A stretch of DNA of 64,000 nt from Fibrobacterales bacterium (lineage in GTDB: Bacteria; Fibrobacterota; Fibrobacteria; Fibrobacterales; JAOPTW01): the NCBI GenBank assembly GCA_051532035.1, contig JAOPTW010000015.1, positions 96,001 through 160,000 on the forward strand, given 5' to 3'. Below the pieces are notes generated by a model, which saw only the letters and a program-made list of their open reading frames with translations, had not been told where the DNA came from and searched no databases. The position numbers and the translations under genes were made by a program. Below, one piece after another: positions 50,769 through 61,390 of this stretch (the stretch's first letter is position 1; the number at the start of each line of letters is the position of its first letter).

Positions 50769-51848
50769 TTAACCGTGCATTAATTCGAACTCTTGCATAG
50801 CTGCAATGAGTGCATCGATTCCCTCTTCGGGCATTGCATTGTATATTGATGCTCTGAACCCACCTACACTCCGATGACCCGGGAGGCCCGATAATTTTTT
50901 CTCTTCTGCAAATGCAAGGAAGAGTGCTTCATGTTCAGGACTGGTTGATACAAAGGTCACATTCATAGTAGAGCGATACTCAGGATCAACAACCCCTTTA
51001 AAAAGCGGATTACGATCAATCTCAGCATAGAGTTTAGATGCCTTACGATCATTGATGCTCTCCATTGCTGAAACACCACCAATACCTTTTAACCACTTCA
51101 TAGTTTCGTTAATAACCTTAACCGAAAATACCGGTGGAGTATTAAACATTGAATCGGCTTTTACATGGGTTCTGTAATCCATCATAGTTGGAATATTTTC
51201 ATTCACCCTATCAAGTAGATCCTTACGAATCACCACGAGAGCAACCCCAGCAGGACCCATGTTTTTTTGTGCACCAGCAAATACAATCCCGAATTTTGAG
51301 ATATCAAAAGCGCGTGCAAAAATTTCTGACGAGAGATCAGCAACTAAAAAACCGTTCGGGTTTTTAACCTCTGGTAGTGAGTTATATCGTGTACCAAAAA
51401 TAGTGTTATTGGTACAGACGTGCAGATACGCTGCATTATCAGACTGCTCAATAGTTGTTGGAATTGTCGTAAAATTACTCTCTTCGCTCGTACCCGCTAT
51501 ATTGACTGTAGTAAATAGCTTCAGCTCTTTAATCGCCTTTTGAGTCCAAATACCGGTATTGACAATATCTACGACGCCCTCTTTTTTGGCAAAGTTCATG
51601 GGAACCATCGCAAACTGGAGTGATGCCCCGCCTTGTAAAAATAGAATTTCATAATTATCTGGCACACCTAGTTGTTCAGCAATAAGCGCTTTCGTCTCAT
51701 CAAACATTGCAACTATCGGTGCAGATCGATGACTCATTTCGAGAATACTGAGCCCCGTTCCTGCAAATTCAATAGCCGCCTCTGCAGAGCGTTTCATAAC
51801 ACCCTTATCAAGAATTGCTGGGCCAGCACTGAAATTATACACAGTCAT
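50769..51848 (-). CDS. serC: Phosphoserine aminotransferase
   Basis: NFSAGPA, EMSHRS, GGASLQF, GAQKN and GHRSVGGFRAS.YNA. Confidence 0.97.
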   Translation of the reverse strand: MTVYNFSAGPAILDKGVMKRSAEAAIEFAGTGLSILEMSHRSAPIVAMFDETKALIAEQLGVPDNYEILFLQGGASLQFAMVPMNFAKKEGVVDIVNTGIWTQKAIKELKLFTTVNIAGTSEESNFTTIPTTIEQSDNAAYLHVCTNNTIFGTRYNSLPEVKNPNGFLVADLSSEIFARAFDISKFGIVFAGAQKNMGPAGVALVVIRKDLLDRVNENIPTMMDYRTHVKADSMFNTPPVFSVKVINETMKWLKGIGGVSAMESINDRKASKLYAEIDRNPLFKGVVDPEYRSTMNVTFVSTSPEHEALFLAFAEEKKLSGLPGHRSVGGFRASIYNAMPEEGIDALIAAMQEFELMHG

Positions 51849-52249
51849 TATTTCACTTCACCTTCATCAAAATCGGCACTTACCGTTGTTTGGATCCCAC
51901 CACGTGCATTAAACACACCCGTAACATTCATCCATTTAGGGCTGATACATTTCACCAAATCATTAAGTATTTTGTTAACTACATGCTCGTGAAAAACACC
52001 TACTTCGCGATAAAAGAGAATATACTCTTTAAAGCTTTTGAGTTCGATACACTCAGAATTTGGAGTATAACTAATTTCGATTGTAGCAAAATCAGGGAGT
52101 CCTGTTTTAGGGCAGATGCAGGTAAACTCAGGTACTGCAATAGTTAATTCAGTATTCGACCCTGGGTATTTAAAATCCCACGCTTCAATCTCTGGTGTTT
52201 CTAATTCTACAATTCCGTTTTGTAGATCTTCGTATGTTCCTTTGTCCAT
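51848..52249 (-). CDS. queF: preQ0 reductase (type I)
   Basis: PEFTCICP.TG.PDFA, ELKSFK.Y, FHE and F.ARGG. Confidence 0.95.
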   Translation of the reverse strand: MDKGTYEDLQNGIVELETPEIEAWDFKYPGSNTELTIAVPEFTCICPKTGLPDFATIEISYTPNSECIELKSFKEYILFYREVGVFHEHVVNKILNDLVKCISPKWMNVTGVFNARGGIQTTVSADFDEGEVK

Positions 52250-52336
52250 TTCTTACTCCTTATTAAATGTTCTTGACCTACTATACGTTGTACATGATAC
52301 AATGTAACAGATGCACACAATAGGTATTATTCTCAA

Positions 52337-53602
52337 TTATAACTCTTCTAATTTCACTACGCTCTGTTCGCCCGTTGCAAAATCTTTTACTTCTATCTCG
52401 CCAGCACCTGCTTTTTCAGAGCCGACAAAAACCACTTTTTGAGCCCCAGAAGCATTGGCAGCATCAAGCTGTTTTTTAAATTTTTGAAATGCAAGAGGGT
52501 GGCTACAAGTGTACCCTTTTGCACGAATCTGTTGTGCAAGAGTAAAGAGTTTTATGGGTGCGTCTTCAAAGCTCACGAGATAGAAATCAATCATTCCTTT
52601 AGAGGCATCTTTTAGAAGCCCCTTCTCTTCGAGTAGGTTACCTAAAACAACATCTCCCACACCAAAACCGACACCCGTCGTTGCTTGTCCGCCAAGCATA
52701 GAGCAGAGGTCATCATAGCGTCCACCACCTGCAATAGCACGCATGGATTTCTGTTTATCGAATACTTCAAATACAACACCCGTATAATAGGCAAGGCCCC
52801 GTACCACTGTAAGATCAATTTCTAGATACTTTTTGAGACCCATTTTTTCGAACATCTCAAAAATATAAATGAGCTCATTCAAGGCAGTCTCTGCATCTTC
52901 TGATTCACAAAAACCTTTAATCTCTGTAATATTTTTGGATTGCATGAATTTGTTTAAAAATTCTATGTCAGCGTCCAAAACACCGTTCTCTTTCAGGAGA
53001 TCGTGGAATTTTTCTTCACCAATTTTTGCGCGTTTATCAAGGGCTGCATAGACTTGGTTTATATCTTTAATTTCTCGTTGTACCAGAAGAGCATTAAGCA
53101 ATTTTCTGCTTGATATCCCTATTTGAAAGTCATCATCACCCAGACCAAATGCCTGTAACAAAGAAACAATCGAAGAGAGAAGGTCTACCTCTGCATTCAG
53201 TGATTCTGTTCCAATGATATCCATATTGAGTTGATAAAACTCTCTCAGTCTCCCTTTTTGTGCGCGTTCATAGCGATAGAGACGAGGAATAGAGAACCAT
53301 TTAAAAGGTTTTTTTAGTGTATTACCTTTTTGATTAACCATACGAGCTAATGACTGGGTCATTTCGGGACGGAGTGCAATATCTCGCCCACCCTTATCTT
53401 GAAACGCATAGAGCTGTGAAATGATCTCTTCGCCTGATTTTCGGGTAAAAAGATCAAGATGTTCAAAAATGGGTCCTTCATACTCTTCATACCCATATGA
53501 ATTACAGGTCTTTTTCCAGCTATCAAAAATAAAGTTTTGTATCCGTTGATTTTCAGGATAAAAGTCTCTGGTCCCTTTCGGTAATTTTGGAATATTGCTC
53601 AT
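52337..53602 (-). CDS. hisS: Histidine--tRNA ligase
   Basis: KGTRDF.P, LRPEMT, RYER.QKGR.REF.Q, RGLAYYTG and GGRYD. Confidence 0.97.
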   Translation of the reverse strand: MSNIPKLPKGTRDFYPENQRIQNFIFDSWKKTCNSYGYEEYEGPIFEHLDLFTRKSGEEIISQLYAFQDKGGRDIALRPEMTQSLARMVNQKGNTLKKPFKWFSIPRLYRYERAQKGRLREFYQLNMDIIGTESLNAEVDLLSSIVSLLQAFGLGDDDFQIGISSRKLLNALLVQREIKDINQVYAALDKRAKIGEEKFHDLLKENGVLDADIEFLNKFMQSKNITEIKGFCESEDAETALNELIYIFEMFEKMGLKKYLEIDLTVVRGLAYYTGVVFEVFDKQKSMRAIAGGGRYDDLCSMLGGQATTGVGFGVGDVVLGNLLEEKGLLKDASKGMIDFYLVSFEDAPIKLFTLAQQIRAKGYTCSHPLAFQKFKKQLDAANASGAQKVVFVGSEKAGAGEIEVKDFATGEQSVVKLEEL

Positions 53603-53819
53603 GACACAAAGGTTTTAAAATTTGTGTCAAAGATAACAATTTAAACCCTTTTTGGCTCACCCCTAAACAGTCCTCCTCACACCCCTACCCTATGTCATAT
53701 TAGCATGTTGTAATTAATGCCCCATTCTAAACCATATAAGCCTCTTTTTATCCCCAATTTCACTAGACAATGTATATTTTCCTTCAAAACAGTGAACTTT
53801 TAGCATAAGGGAGGAGCAA

Positions 53820-54071
53820 ATGGCTCAACTTATTAAAGATGGAAAAACTCAAGAAGTCGAAGATGGTGCAAAAATACAACAAGCGGCTGAAGAACTCGGC
53901 GTAAGCTTTGGTTGTCAAAATGGCGTATGTGGTGCTTGCGAAATCGAAGTAGTTTCTGGTTCAGAAAACCTTGAAGCAGCTACAGAAGCAGAAGAAGATT
54001 ATGGTGTATCTGGGGCAACACGGCTTGCGTGTCAGTGCCTCATCAAATCTGGGTCTGCAGAAATTTCTTAG
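53820..54071 (+). CDS. 2Fe-2S ferredoxin
   Basis: CQNGVCGAC...RLACQ; strong SD. Confidence 0.93.
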   Translation: MAQLIKDGKTQEVEDGAKIQQAAEELGVSFGCQNGVCGACEIEVVSGSENLEAATEAEEDYGVSGATRLACQCLIKSGSAEIS

Positions 54072-54097
54072 AAAGCAGCCTTTTTGACTCATTTATG

Positions 54098-54125
54098 GAG
54101 CCTATTTTTAGGCTCTTCTTTTTTT
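54098..54125 (+). terminator. Ferredoxin terminator
   Basis: GAGCCTA-N4-TAGGCTC followed by a T-run. Confidence 0.7.
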
Positions 54126-54241
54126 CATTTTAGTTCTTCAATTTTCTTTCATTCTTTGAATCCCCCATTTTTTAGTTGTATAATAACGATATGATCTATC
54201 ACATTGTTGTTGGATTTATTTTAAAATATTTGGATTGTTAA

Positions 54242-55435
54242 GTGATTAAAGTAACACAAGAAGAATTACAGATTGGCGATCAACTTGCAAAAAGCGTATT
54301 CCGTGATAATGGAGATATATTGCTCACTGCTGGCTACAAGATCACTGAAGCTGTTTTACGCAAACTATTAGAGGTTAATCAAACCTCCTTCTTTATTAAT
54401 GAACCCGGGACTGAAGAGGTTGAAATTGAAGAAGCCGTAACTGAACAGGTCGCCAACCAAACCAACGAAGCAATGCGTGATATTGCGGTTAAGCTTAAAA
54501 AAGTAATCAATCAGAACAAAGCAAGTGTTAAAGAAGTCAAACAGTTAATGCGAGAGACCGGTCGATTTAGAGATATTGTTGCCGTTGCTAAAATTCAAAA
54601 ATCTGCATCTAATATCATCCAAGATATAATGAGCCGTGAAGCAACAATGATTAATTTGAGTAATATACGAACCCAAAGTAATTATCATTTTCAACACGCA
54701 CTCGATGTTTCAATTGTAGCTACGATGCTCGGCAATAAATTTGGTTACAACAAGTATGAACTGGAAGAGATGGTGCAAGGGTGTCTTCTTATGGATATCG
54801 GCAACCTTGCACTCCCTGATGAGATTGTCAATACTCAAGGACGTCTCACTTTTGAACAATTTACCCTTCTTAAAGAGCACCCTACCCTTGGCTTTACCAT
54901 TCTGAAAGAGAACCCAAAAATTCCTCTCATTTCTGCTCATGTCGCTTATCAGCATCATGAACGCCAAGATGGCGGTGGATACCCTCGTCGATTGAGAGGT
55001 TCAAATGATGCCCCTATAAAAAAACAGGCAGCGGCTAAAGATGAAATTCACCGTTATGCAGAGATTGCAGCTGTTGCCGACACTTACGTAGGGCTCGACA
55101 ATCCTTTACCCGGCCAACCCCAAAAGTCACCTGAAGAGGTGATTAAGCTTCTCATTAAAATGGCTGGAACTCAACTGAACAGGTCGATTGTTGATACTCT
55201 CATAACCATGATCCCTATCTATCCTACCGGCTCTAATATTTTTGTCTCAGGTGAAGACCGTAGTAAATACAAAGGCTATACTGGTATTGTTGCAAAATCA
55301 AACCGAGTCAATCCAGAGCGCCCTATAATCATTTTACTTCGTGATAAAAACAAACGTAAAATCACACCGGTAAAACTTGAACTCAATGATCATCCAGAAA
55401 TCAGAATTCAATTTCAACAACTTGGAACAGCGTAA
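54242..55435 (+). CDS. HD-GYP domain protein (HD dyad reads MD)
   Basis: FQHALDV, LLMDIG, HP..G, HHER.DG.GYP and VAD.Y. Confidence 0.88.
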   Translation: MIKVTQEELQIGDQLAKSVFRDNGDILLTAGYKITEAVLRKLLEVNQTSFFINEPGTEEVEIEEAVTEQVANQTNEAMRDIAVKLKKVINQNKASVKEVKQLMRETGRFRDIVAVAKIQKSASNIIQDIMSREATMINLSNIRTQSNYHFQHALDVSIVATMLGNKFGYNKYELEEMVQGCLLMDIGNLALPDEIVNTQGRLTFEQFTLLKEHPTLGFTILKENPKIPLISAHVAYQHHERQDGGGYPRRLRGSNDAPIKKQAAAKDEIHRYAEIAAVADTYVGLDNPLPGQPQKSPEEVIKLLIKMAGTQLNRSIVDTLITMIPIYPTGSNIFVSGEDRSKYKGYTGIVAKSNRVNPERPIIILLRDKNKRKITPVKLELNDHPEIRIQFQQLGTA

Positions 55436-56052
55436 AGACCTTTTTCTTGAATATATGCATAGACACTGTCGGGAAGTAATCCTCTACAGTTATTGATGCG
55501 TTCTCTAATGAGAGTACTTGAAAGTTCTCCTACCGCAGTAGTCGCAACGTGAAAGAGTTCCTTATAGCCTTTTTCTTTATGGGCATGCCCGTCGGGCATT
55601 GGAGTTGTTGCGCGAGGAAACAGAATGAGTGAGAACTCTTGAAGGAGCAAATGACCGTTGTAATTATTCTCTTTGAATGTGGTACTATCCCGCCAATAGG
55701 GCACTGATGGATAAGTATCGCTCCCCACAACTAAACGAAATTCATGATCTGGATAAGCTTCTTGTAACGATTTTAAAAGAATATAAGAGCCTCGAAATTC
55801 ACCCTGAATAATTTCAAAGTTCGAGGCTTTGATACGAGAATTTCCTTCGACAGCACTTTGTACCATAGCGAGTCTATGCTTTGCATCGACTACAAGCTTT
55901 TTGTCCCATCTATCGGGTGATGGCATTAACCACACTTCATCGCAGACAGCAAAGTTAAGACACTCGTAGGCCATACGCATATGATCAGCATGGATAGGGT
56001 CAAAGGCCCCACCCAAAATCGCAACAACGGTACCCTCTTGTGCCTGACTCAT
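55414..56052 (-). CDS. nadD: Nicotinate-nucleotide adenylyltransferase
   Basis: GGAFDPIH..H, HRLAM, GSD......W, SST.IR and V..YI...GLY. Confidence 0.9.
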   Translation of the reverse strand: MSQAQEGTVVAILGGAFDPIHADHMRMAYECLNFAVCDEVWLMPSPDRWDKKLVVDAKHRLAMVQSAVEGNSRIKASNFEIIQGEFRGSYILLKSLQEAYPDHEFRLVVGSDTYPSVPYWRDSTTFKENNYNGHLLLQEFSLILFPRATTPMPDGHAHKEKGYKELFHVATTAVGELSSTLIRERINNCRGLLPDSVYAYIQEKGLYAVPSC

Positions 56053-56835
56053 CTACCCCTCGACGGAAGCGGTCCCTTGCTCTATAATACCTTTCTTAAC
56101 GAAGCCGTACCCAAAACCGACAATGGCATAGATCACCACTTCGGCAAAAAGAAACTCAGGAAATTTCATAGAAAAGCCAGAAATATAGGTGAGTATTATA
56201 AGGATTATTTGACCGACATTGATGAATTTTGATTTTCTTGTTTTTAATTTAGGAAGGTAGAGCGGAGAGACCATCAATACCCCTGTTGCTATAAGCATCA
56301 TAGGGAAGGCGATCAAATACTCTGGACACTTCGTAAAAAATTCATATTTAAATGCGAGAATCACGAGGATAACATTGAGTGCCCCCGCAAATGTTGAAGG
56401 CATTCCCGCAAAATAATCAGGGTTACCATCTATATCTACCGCATTATACTTTGCGAGTCTCATGGCTGCACAAAGTACATAGACTGACATACTTACCCAT
56501 ACAATTATTTTATACGCCTGATACCACTCCGGAACAGTCTCTTTTAATGCAAAAGTAATGATGATTGCTGGTGCCAACCCAAAAGCAATGAGATCTGCGA
56601 GGCTATCAAATTGCGCACCAAACTCAGAGTATGCATTAAATATTTTTGCAGCAAACCCATCAAGTTTATCGAGAAGGACACTAAATACTACCATGTATGC
56701 AGCGAGCTCATAATTATTGAATTTAAAACCAGAGTCAAGAATTACCAGACCACAAGCTATTAGAATAGACCAAACTGCAATTAAGAAGCTTGAACTTGTA
56801 AAAAAATTGGGAACAACGTACCGTGCTTTATTCAT
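56053..56835 (-). CDS. pssA: CDP-alcohol phosphatidyltransferase (PssA-like)
   Basis: PN.FT, D.LDG..A.....S.FG..FDSLAD...FG.AP, RLA.YN and F.GMP. Confidence 0.8.
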   Translation of the reverse strand: MNKARYVVPNFFTSSSFLIAVWSILIACGLVILDSGFKFNNYELAAYMVVFSVLLDKLDGFAAKIFNAYSEFGAQFDSLADLIAFGLAPAIIITFALKETVPEWYQAYKIIVWVSMSVYVLCAAMRLAKYNAVDIDGNPDYFAGMPSTFAGALNVILVILAFKYEFFTKCPEYLIAFPMMLIATGVLMVSPLYLPKLKTRKSKFINVGQIILIILTYISGFSMKFPEFLFAEVVIYAIVGFGYGFVKKGIIEQGTASVEG

Positions 56836-56954
56836 TATATCTCCTTTGGTTTCTGAGGAACTAATCTATTCATCGTCTAGCTAGTAAGGCCCTGGTATTA
56901 AACAAGGCCTTGTATAGAGTTGCGTCTATTACAGATTAGATCCGTCGAAACAGG

Positions 56955-59519
56955 TTACTCTTCTTCTGAAGAAGAGTCATCCGATTGTTCAACTTCTTCT
57001 GCTTCAATTGCATCTTCAGTATTAGGGGTTTCTTCAACCGCTACTTCATCAACAAGTTCAGCATCAATTGCGCCTTCACCTACACTTTCTTCAACCGAAG
57101 AAGGCAGAGAAGCAATATCCATTACTTCATCATCATCTTTGAGTCTAATAACCCGAACCCCTTGAGAGTCACGACCTATAAGACGTACAGAGTTTACTGA
57201 AAGGCGTATGACAATACCTTTTTTGGTTGTAATAATGATATCTGTATCATCTTCAACGGCAAGAATTGCAACAGCGTCGCCATTCTTATCAGTTACTTTC
57301 AAATTCTTAATACCTTTACCACCACGATTTGTCACACGATACTCACCAGGGTTTGTTCGTTTTCCAAAACCTTTCTCAGTAACGGTCAGAACATTCGTCC
57401 CCTCTCTGAGAACAACCATACCAATAACGTAATCTTCTGAATCAAGTTTCATACCACGAACACCACGAGTACCACGACCCATTGATCTAAATGCACTTGG
57501 TGGGAAACAGATTGATTTACCTTTACGAGTACCAATCAAAAGATTTGACTCATCTTGTGCAAGAAGCGCTTCAACCAACACATCACCAGTATCAAGTGCT
57601 ATTGCATGAATACCACCCTTACGAGGACGTGAGAAAAGGTTGATGTCCATCTTATTAATGGTACCATTTTTTGTTACAAGAACAATAGATTGTTTCACGT
57701 CAAAATCTTCGACTCTTACAATCTCTGCAACAGTTTCACCCTCTTGAAGACCAATCATATTTATGATCGCTTTACCTTTTGCCGTACGTGACGCCTCAGG
57801 TATATGATATACTTTTAACCAGTGTACTCGACCTAGATTAGTAAAGGCGAGTAGATAGTTATGATTATTTGCTACGAAGAGACTTTTAATGTGATCTTCA
57901 TTTTTAAGGCCTGACCCAGTAATACCTTTACCACCTCTATTTTGAGATTTGTAGGTATCAACAGGGATACGTTTGACATACCCTGTATCAGACATGGTTA
58001 TAACCATAGGATCATTAGGGATAAGATCTTCAATATCGATATCGTCTGTCGCTTCTTCGATTGAAGTGCGACGTTCATCGCCAAATTTATCGGTCAAAGC
58101 CTGTAGATCATCACCGATAATTTTCATTCTACGCTCATGATTTGAAAGGATATCTTCAAAATCTGCAATGCGAGTAAGAAGCTCATTATACTCATTTTCG
58201 ATTTTATTAATATCGAGTTTAGTGAGCTGACCAAGTCTCATGTCAACAATAGCTTTTGCTTGAATCTCACTTAAATTAAAGCGTTCAATCAATCTATTAC
58301 GCGCAGCTTCACTATTATCAGATCCACGGATAACTTTGACCACTTCATCAATATTATCTTGAGCAATACGGAGCCCTTCAAGAATATGCGCTCTATCTTT
58401 AGCTTTCTTTAATTCAAATTGAGTCTTGCGCACAAGAATATTGTGACGGTGATCAATGAAGTGAGTAATCATCTCTTTAAGATTGAGTACTTTGGGCTGT
58501 CTATCAACAAGGGCAAGATTATATATTGAGAAGGTGTCTTGCAGCTGTGTATATTTGTAAAGATTTGCCAAGACAACATCAGAAATAGCATCTTTCTTAA
58601 GCTCAATAACCATACGGATTCCATGACGATCTGACTCATCACGAAGATCACTAATGCCTTCAACCTTCTTCTCACGAACAAGACCTGCCATTTTTTCGAT
58701 TAGGTTTGACTTATTAACCTGATATGGGATTTCGGTAACAATAATGCGTTCACGTTTAGTAGCCGTCGTCTCCATATGGTGACGCGCACGTACTCGTACT
58801 TTACCACGCCCCGTTAAAAAGGCTGAACGAATTCCCGCACGGCCGTAAATAATCGCACCCGTTGGAAAGTCTGGACCAGAAACGTATTCAAGAAGATCTT
58901 CAACAGGAATGTCGCGATTTTCTATAACTTTATGGATCGCTTTTACAATTTCACGCAAGTTATGTGGGGGCATACTCGTTGCCATACCCACCGCAATACC
59001 AGTCGATCCGTTTACCAAAAGGTTTGGAAAAGCACTCGGGAGCACCGAAGGTTCTGATTCAGAATCATCATAGTTGGGAACATAGTCAACAGTGTCTTTT
59101 TCAAGATCACCAAGCATGAGCTCACCGAACTTTTGCATTCGTGCTTCTGTATACCTCATCGCCGCTGGTGAATCACCATCAATTGAGCCAAAGTTACCTT
59201 GACCATCAACAAGTGGATAGCGAAGTGAAAAGTCTTGTGCCATACGTACGAGCGTATCGTACACGGCAGTGTCACCATGGGGGTGATACTTACCAATGAC
59301 ATCACCAACAATACGCGCCGATTTCTTATAAGGTTTCCCAGGATACACACCCAAATCGTGCATACCAAAGAGCACCCGTCTGTGTACTGGCTTTAAGCCG
59401 TCACGAACATCAGGGAGTGCACGCGATACAATCACACTCATGGAGTAGCGAAGATAAGAATCCTTCATCTCATCTTCAATATGAGCCTTAGTCACACTTA
59501 GCGCTTTTTCTTCTGACAT
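56955..59519 (-). CDS. gyrA: DNA gyrase subunit A
   Basis: [25 protein letters not shown], GyrA-box QNRGGKG and an acidic tail. Confidence 0.98.
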   Translation of the reverse strand: MSEEKALSVTKAHIEDEMKDSYLRYSMSVIVSRALPDVRDGLKPVHRRVLFGMHDLGVYPGKPYKKSARIVGDVIGKYHPHGDTAVYDTLVRMAQDFSLRYPLVDGQGNFGSIDGDSPAAMRYTEARMQKFGELMLGDLEKDTVDYVPNYDDSESEPSVLPSAFPNLLVNGSTGIAVGMATSMPPHNLREIVKAIHKVIENRDIPVEDLLEYVSGPDFPTGAIIYGRAGIRSAFLTGRGKVRVRARHHMETTATKRERIIVTEIPYQVNKSNLIEKMAGLVREKKVEGISDLRDESDRHGIRMVIELKKDAISDVVLANLYKYTQLQDTFSIYNLALVDRQPKVLNLKEMITHFIDHRHNILVRKTQFELKKAKDRAHILEGLRIAQDNIDEVVKVIRGSDNSEAARNRLIERFNLSEIQAKAIVDMRLGQLTKLDINKIENEYNELLTRIADFEDILSNHERRMKIIGDDLQALTDKFGDERRTSIEEATDDIDIEDLIPNDPMVITMSDTGYVKRIPVDTYKSQNRGGKGITGSGLKNEDHIKSLFVANNHNYLLAFTNLGRVHWLKVYHIPEASRTAKGKAIINMIGLQEGETVAEIVRVEDFDVKQSIVLVTKNGTINKMDINLFSRPRKGGIHAIALDTGDVLVEALLAQDESNLLIGTRKGKSICFPPSAFRSMGRGTRGVRGMKLDSEDYVIGMVVLREGTNVLTVTEKGFGKRTNPGEYRVTNRGGKGIKNLKVTDKNGDAVAILAVEDDTDIIITTKKGIVIRLSVNSVRLIGRDSQGVRVIRLKDDDEVMDIASLPSSVEESVGEGAIDAELVDEVAVEETPNTEDAIEAEEVEQSDDSSSEEE

Positions 59520-59527
59520 TAATTCTC

Positions 59528-60286
59528 CTAATGGATCTGTTGTTTAAAATTTCTTTGTAATTCTAAAAACGTTTCATCTGTCTGATTTGTTTTTATGGGG
59601 ACAACTGCGACGTAGCCGTCATGTACCAGATAGTCATCTGTCCCTTCTTTAAATTGATCTTTAGGCCGATCTCCACTAAATGAGTAGGAGTTCACTATAC
59701 CTTCTGATTCTAATGTATAATCATCATGATACATAACCATACTCATCGCACAAAACTGAGTTCCCTTCATCTCTAATCGATCAAGATCAGGAAGGTTCAC
59801 ATTCCAAAGCGCCTGAGTATTCAGCAGCGAGAAGGTGTCTGAATTGATCATATCGACCACCCATTCAATCCCTGCTGTAGTATTTTTTTCTGAGTGATGA
59901 TGTACCGATACGGCAATTGAAGGTATACCAAGAAGTATCCCTTCACGTGCACCGCCAACTGTCCCTGAATAGAAACAGGCAACACCCGTATTGTGTCCAT
60001 CATTTATGCCAGAAACTACCAAATCTGCCTTAACATTTTGCAACAATTCAAAATGAGCGAATTTAATGCAATCCGCTGGAGTACCCATAACGCTGTAACA
60101 AGGATAGGGGTAGGTGGTAAGTTTCTCAACTTCTAAATTTTTAAGGTAGGTAAAGCCGTGTCCAACGCCACTTTGCTCAGTGGCAGGCGCGATAACAATG
60201 ATGTCGTGATCAACAGAAAGTGCATCGGCAAGTGCATGAAGAGCACCACTCGACAAACCATCATCATTCGTAATTAATATGCGCAT
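59528..60286 (-). CDS. surE: 5'/3'-nucleotidase SurE
   Basis: [20 protein letters not shown] and YSGTV. Confidence 0.95.
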   Translation of the reverse strand: MRILITNDDGLSSGALHALADALSVDHDIIVIAPATEQSGVGHGFTYLKNLEVEKLTTYPYPCYSVMGTPADCIKFAHFELLQNVKADLVVSGINDGHNTGVACFYSGTVGGAREGILLGIPSIAVSVHHHSEKNTTAGIEWVVDMINSDTFSLLNTQALWNVNLPDLDRLEMKGTQFCAMSMVMYHDDYTLESEGIVNSYSFSGDRPKDQFKEGTDDYLVHDGYVAVVPIKTNQTDETFLELQRNFKQQIH

Positions 60287-60439
60287 GAACCTTCACATCT
60301 ATTCACCAAAAACTGGTAAAATTAGTGTTAAAATTAATACAGGAAATTTAGTAATTTCCCCTTCAATTGCCAGCGAAATATAGCCTTCAATATTTAAATA
60401 AAATTGCATTTTTCGAATAAAAAGGGGGGATTTGGCACT

Positions 60440-61276
60440 TTACAGGAGCGCCTGAGAGATGAGGTTAAAATAGCCTTCAATCAACTGATCTTTCCAGACA
60501 AATACCGGTAGTGCAGCAACAGAAATATAGGGTCCAAAAGGGAGTGGAATATCACGAGATTCACCCCGAATAACTTTGAGAATGAGAGTAACCACAAGCC
60601 CCACCCCTGAGGCCCCAACTATAGTTGCAATAGCCCCATCCAACCCTACAAAACAACCAATCATTGCGAGGAGTTTCACATCGCCAAACCCAAGGGCTTC
60701 TTTCTTGAGAATTCGAGAAATTACCCACCCAAAGAGCCAAAATCCCAATCCAACGCCAACACCACCCAGTACCGCATCAGCAAGGGTGATATAGTTTCCC
60801 ACAAAAGAGAGAACAAGCCCGAGAAGCACTCCCGGAAGTACGACACCATCAGGTATTAAATAATGCTTAATATCAACAACAACAATAGGAATGAGAGTAA
60901 GTACAAGCCAGGCACCTGCCCCCGCCTGCCACACATTCGGCACGCCCCAATACAGCAGCCCAGCAAAAAAAACAACAGCTCCAAGTACACCCGTCAGAGC
61001 TTCAACCAAAAGATAAGAAGCCCCCATTGACACCCCACAAAAGGCACACCGCCCTTGTAACAAAAGATACGAGATAAGCGGAATATTATGATACCACTTT
61101 AGAGTGGTATTGCAGTGAGGACAATGAGAGCCAGGAGTCAACAATGATTCTCCTCGAGGTACTCGATAGATGACCACCGTAAAATAAGACCCAAGAGCAA
61201 CAGAAACCAATGCAATAATCACAAGCATCAGCACCACCATCGGTTGACTTGCTGTTTCTCTAGCTAATTCGAGCAC
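60440..61276 (-). CDS. pilD: Prepilin peptidase/N-methyltransferase
   Basis: S.CP.C....WY.NIP...Y....GRC..C, GFGDVKL and PFGPY. Confidence 0.9.
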   Translation of the reverse strand: MLELARETASQPMVVLMLVIIALVSVALGSYFTVVIYRVPRGESLLTPGSHCPHCNTTLKWYHNIPLISYLLLQGRCAFCGVSMGASYLLVEALTGVLGAVVFFAGLLYWGVPNVWQAGAGAWLVLTLIPIVVVDIKHYLIPDGVVLPGVLLGLVLSFVGNYITLADAVLGGVGVGLGFWLFGWVISRILKKEALGFGDVKLLAMIGCFVGLDGAIATIVGASGVGLVVTLILKVIRGESRDIPLPFGPYISVAALPVFVWKDQLIEGYFNLISQALL

Positions 61277-61390
61277 ACGCTTCCCTTAAATTTCTCAAAT
61301 TTCACACAGGAAACCATTCGTCTGTGAAAATCCCCACAAAGGAGATAAAGAGATCTATCTTACTTTTAAAGATAACAACTGAAGATCAAT

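Noticed and set aside
52250..52336. Classical preQ1 riboswitch before queF
   Set aside because: No preQ1-I stem-loop with A-rich tail; the hairpin is reported separately as a finding.
61303..61345. c-di-GMP-I riboswitch upstream of the cyclase (CACACAGGAAACCATTCG resembles the 5' part)
   Set aside because: The GNRA-capped stem, the GCAAAG junction, the second stem and the tetraloop receptor are not present.
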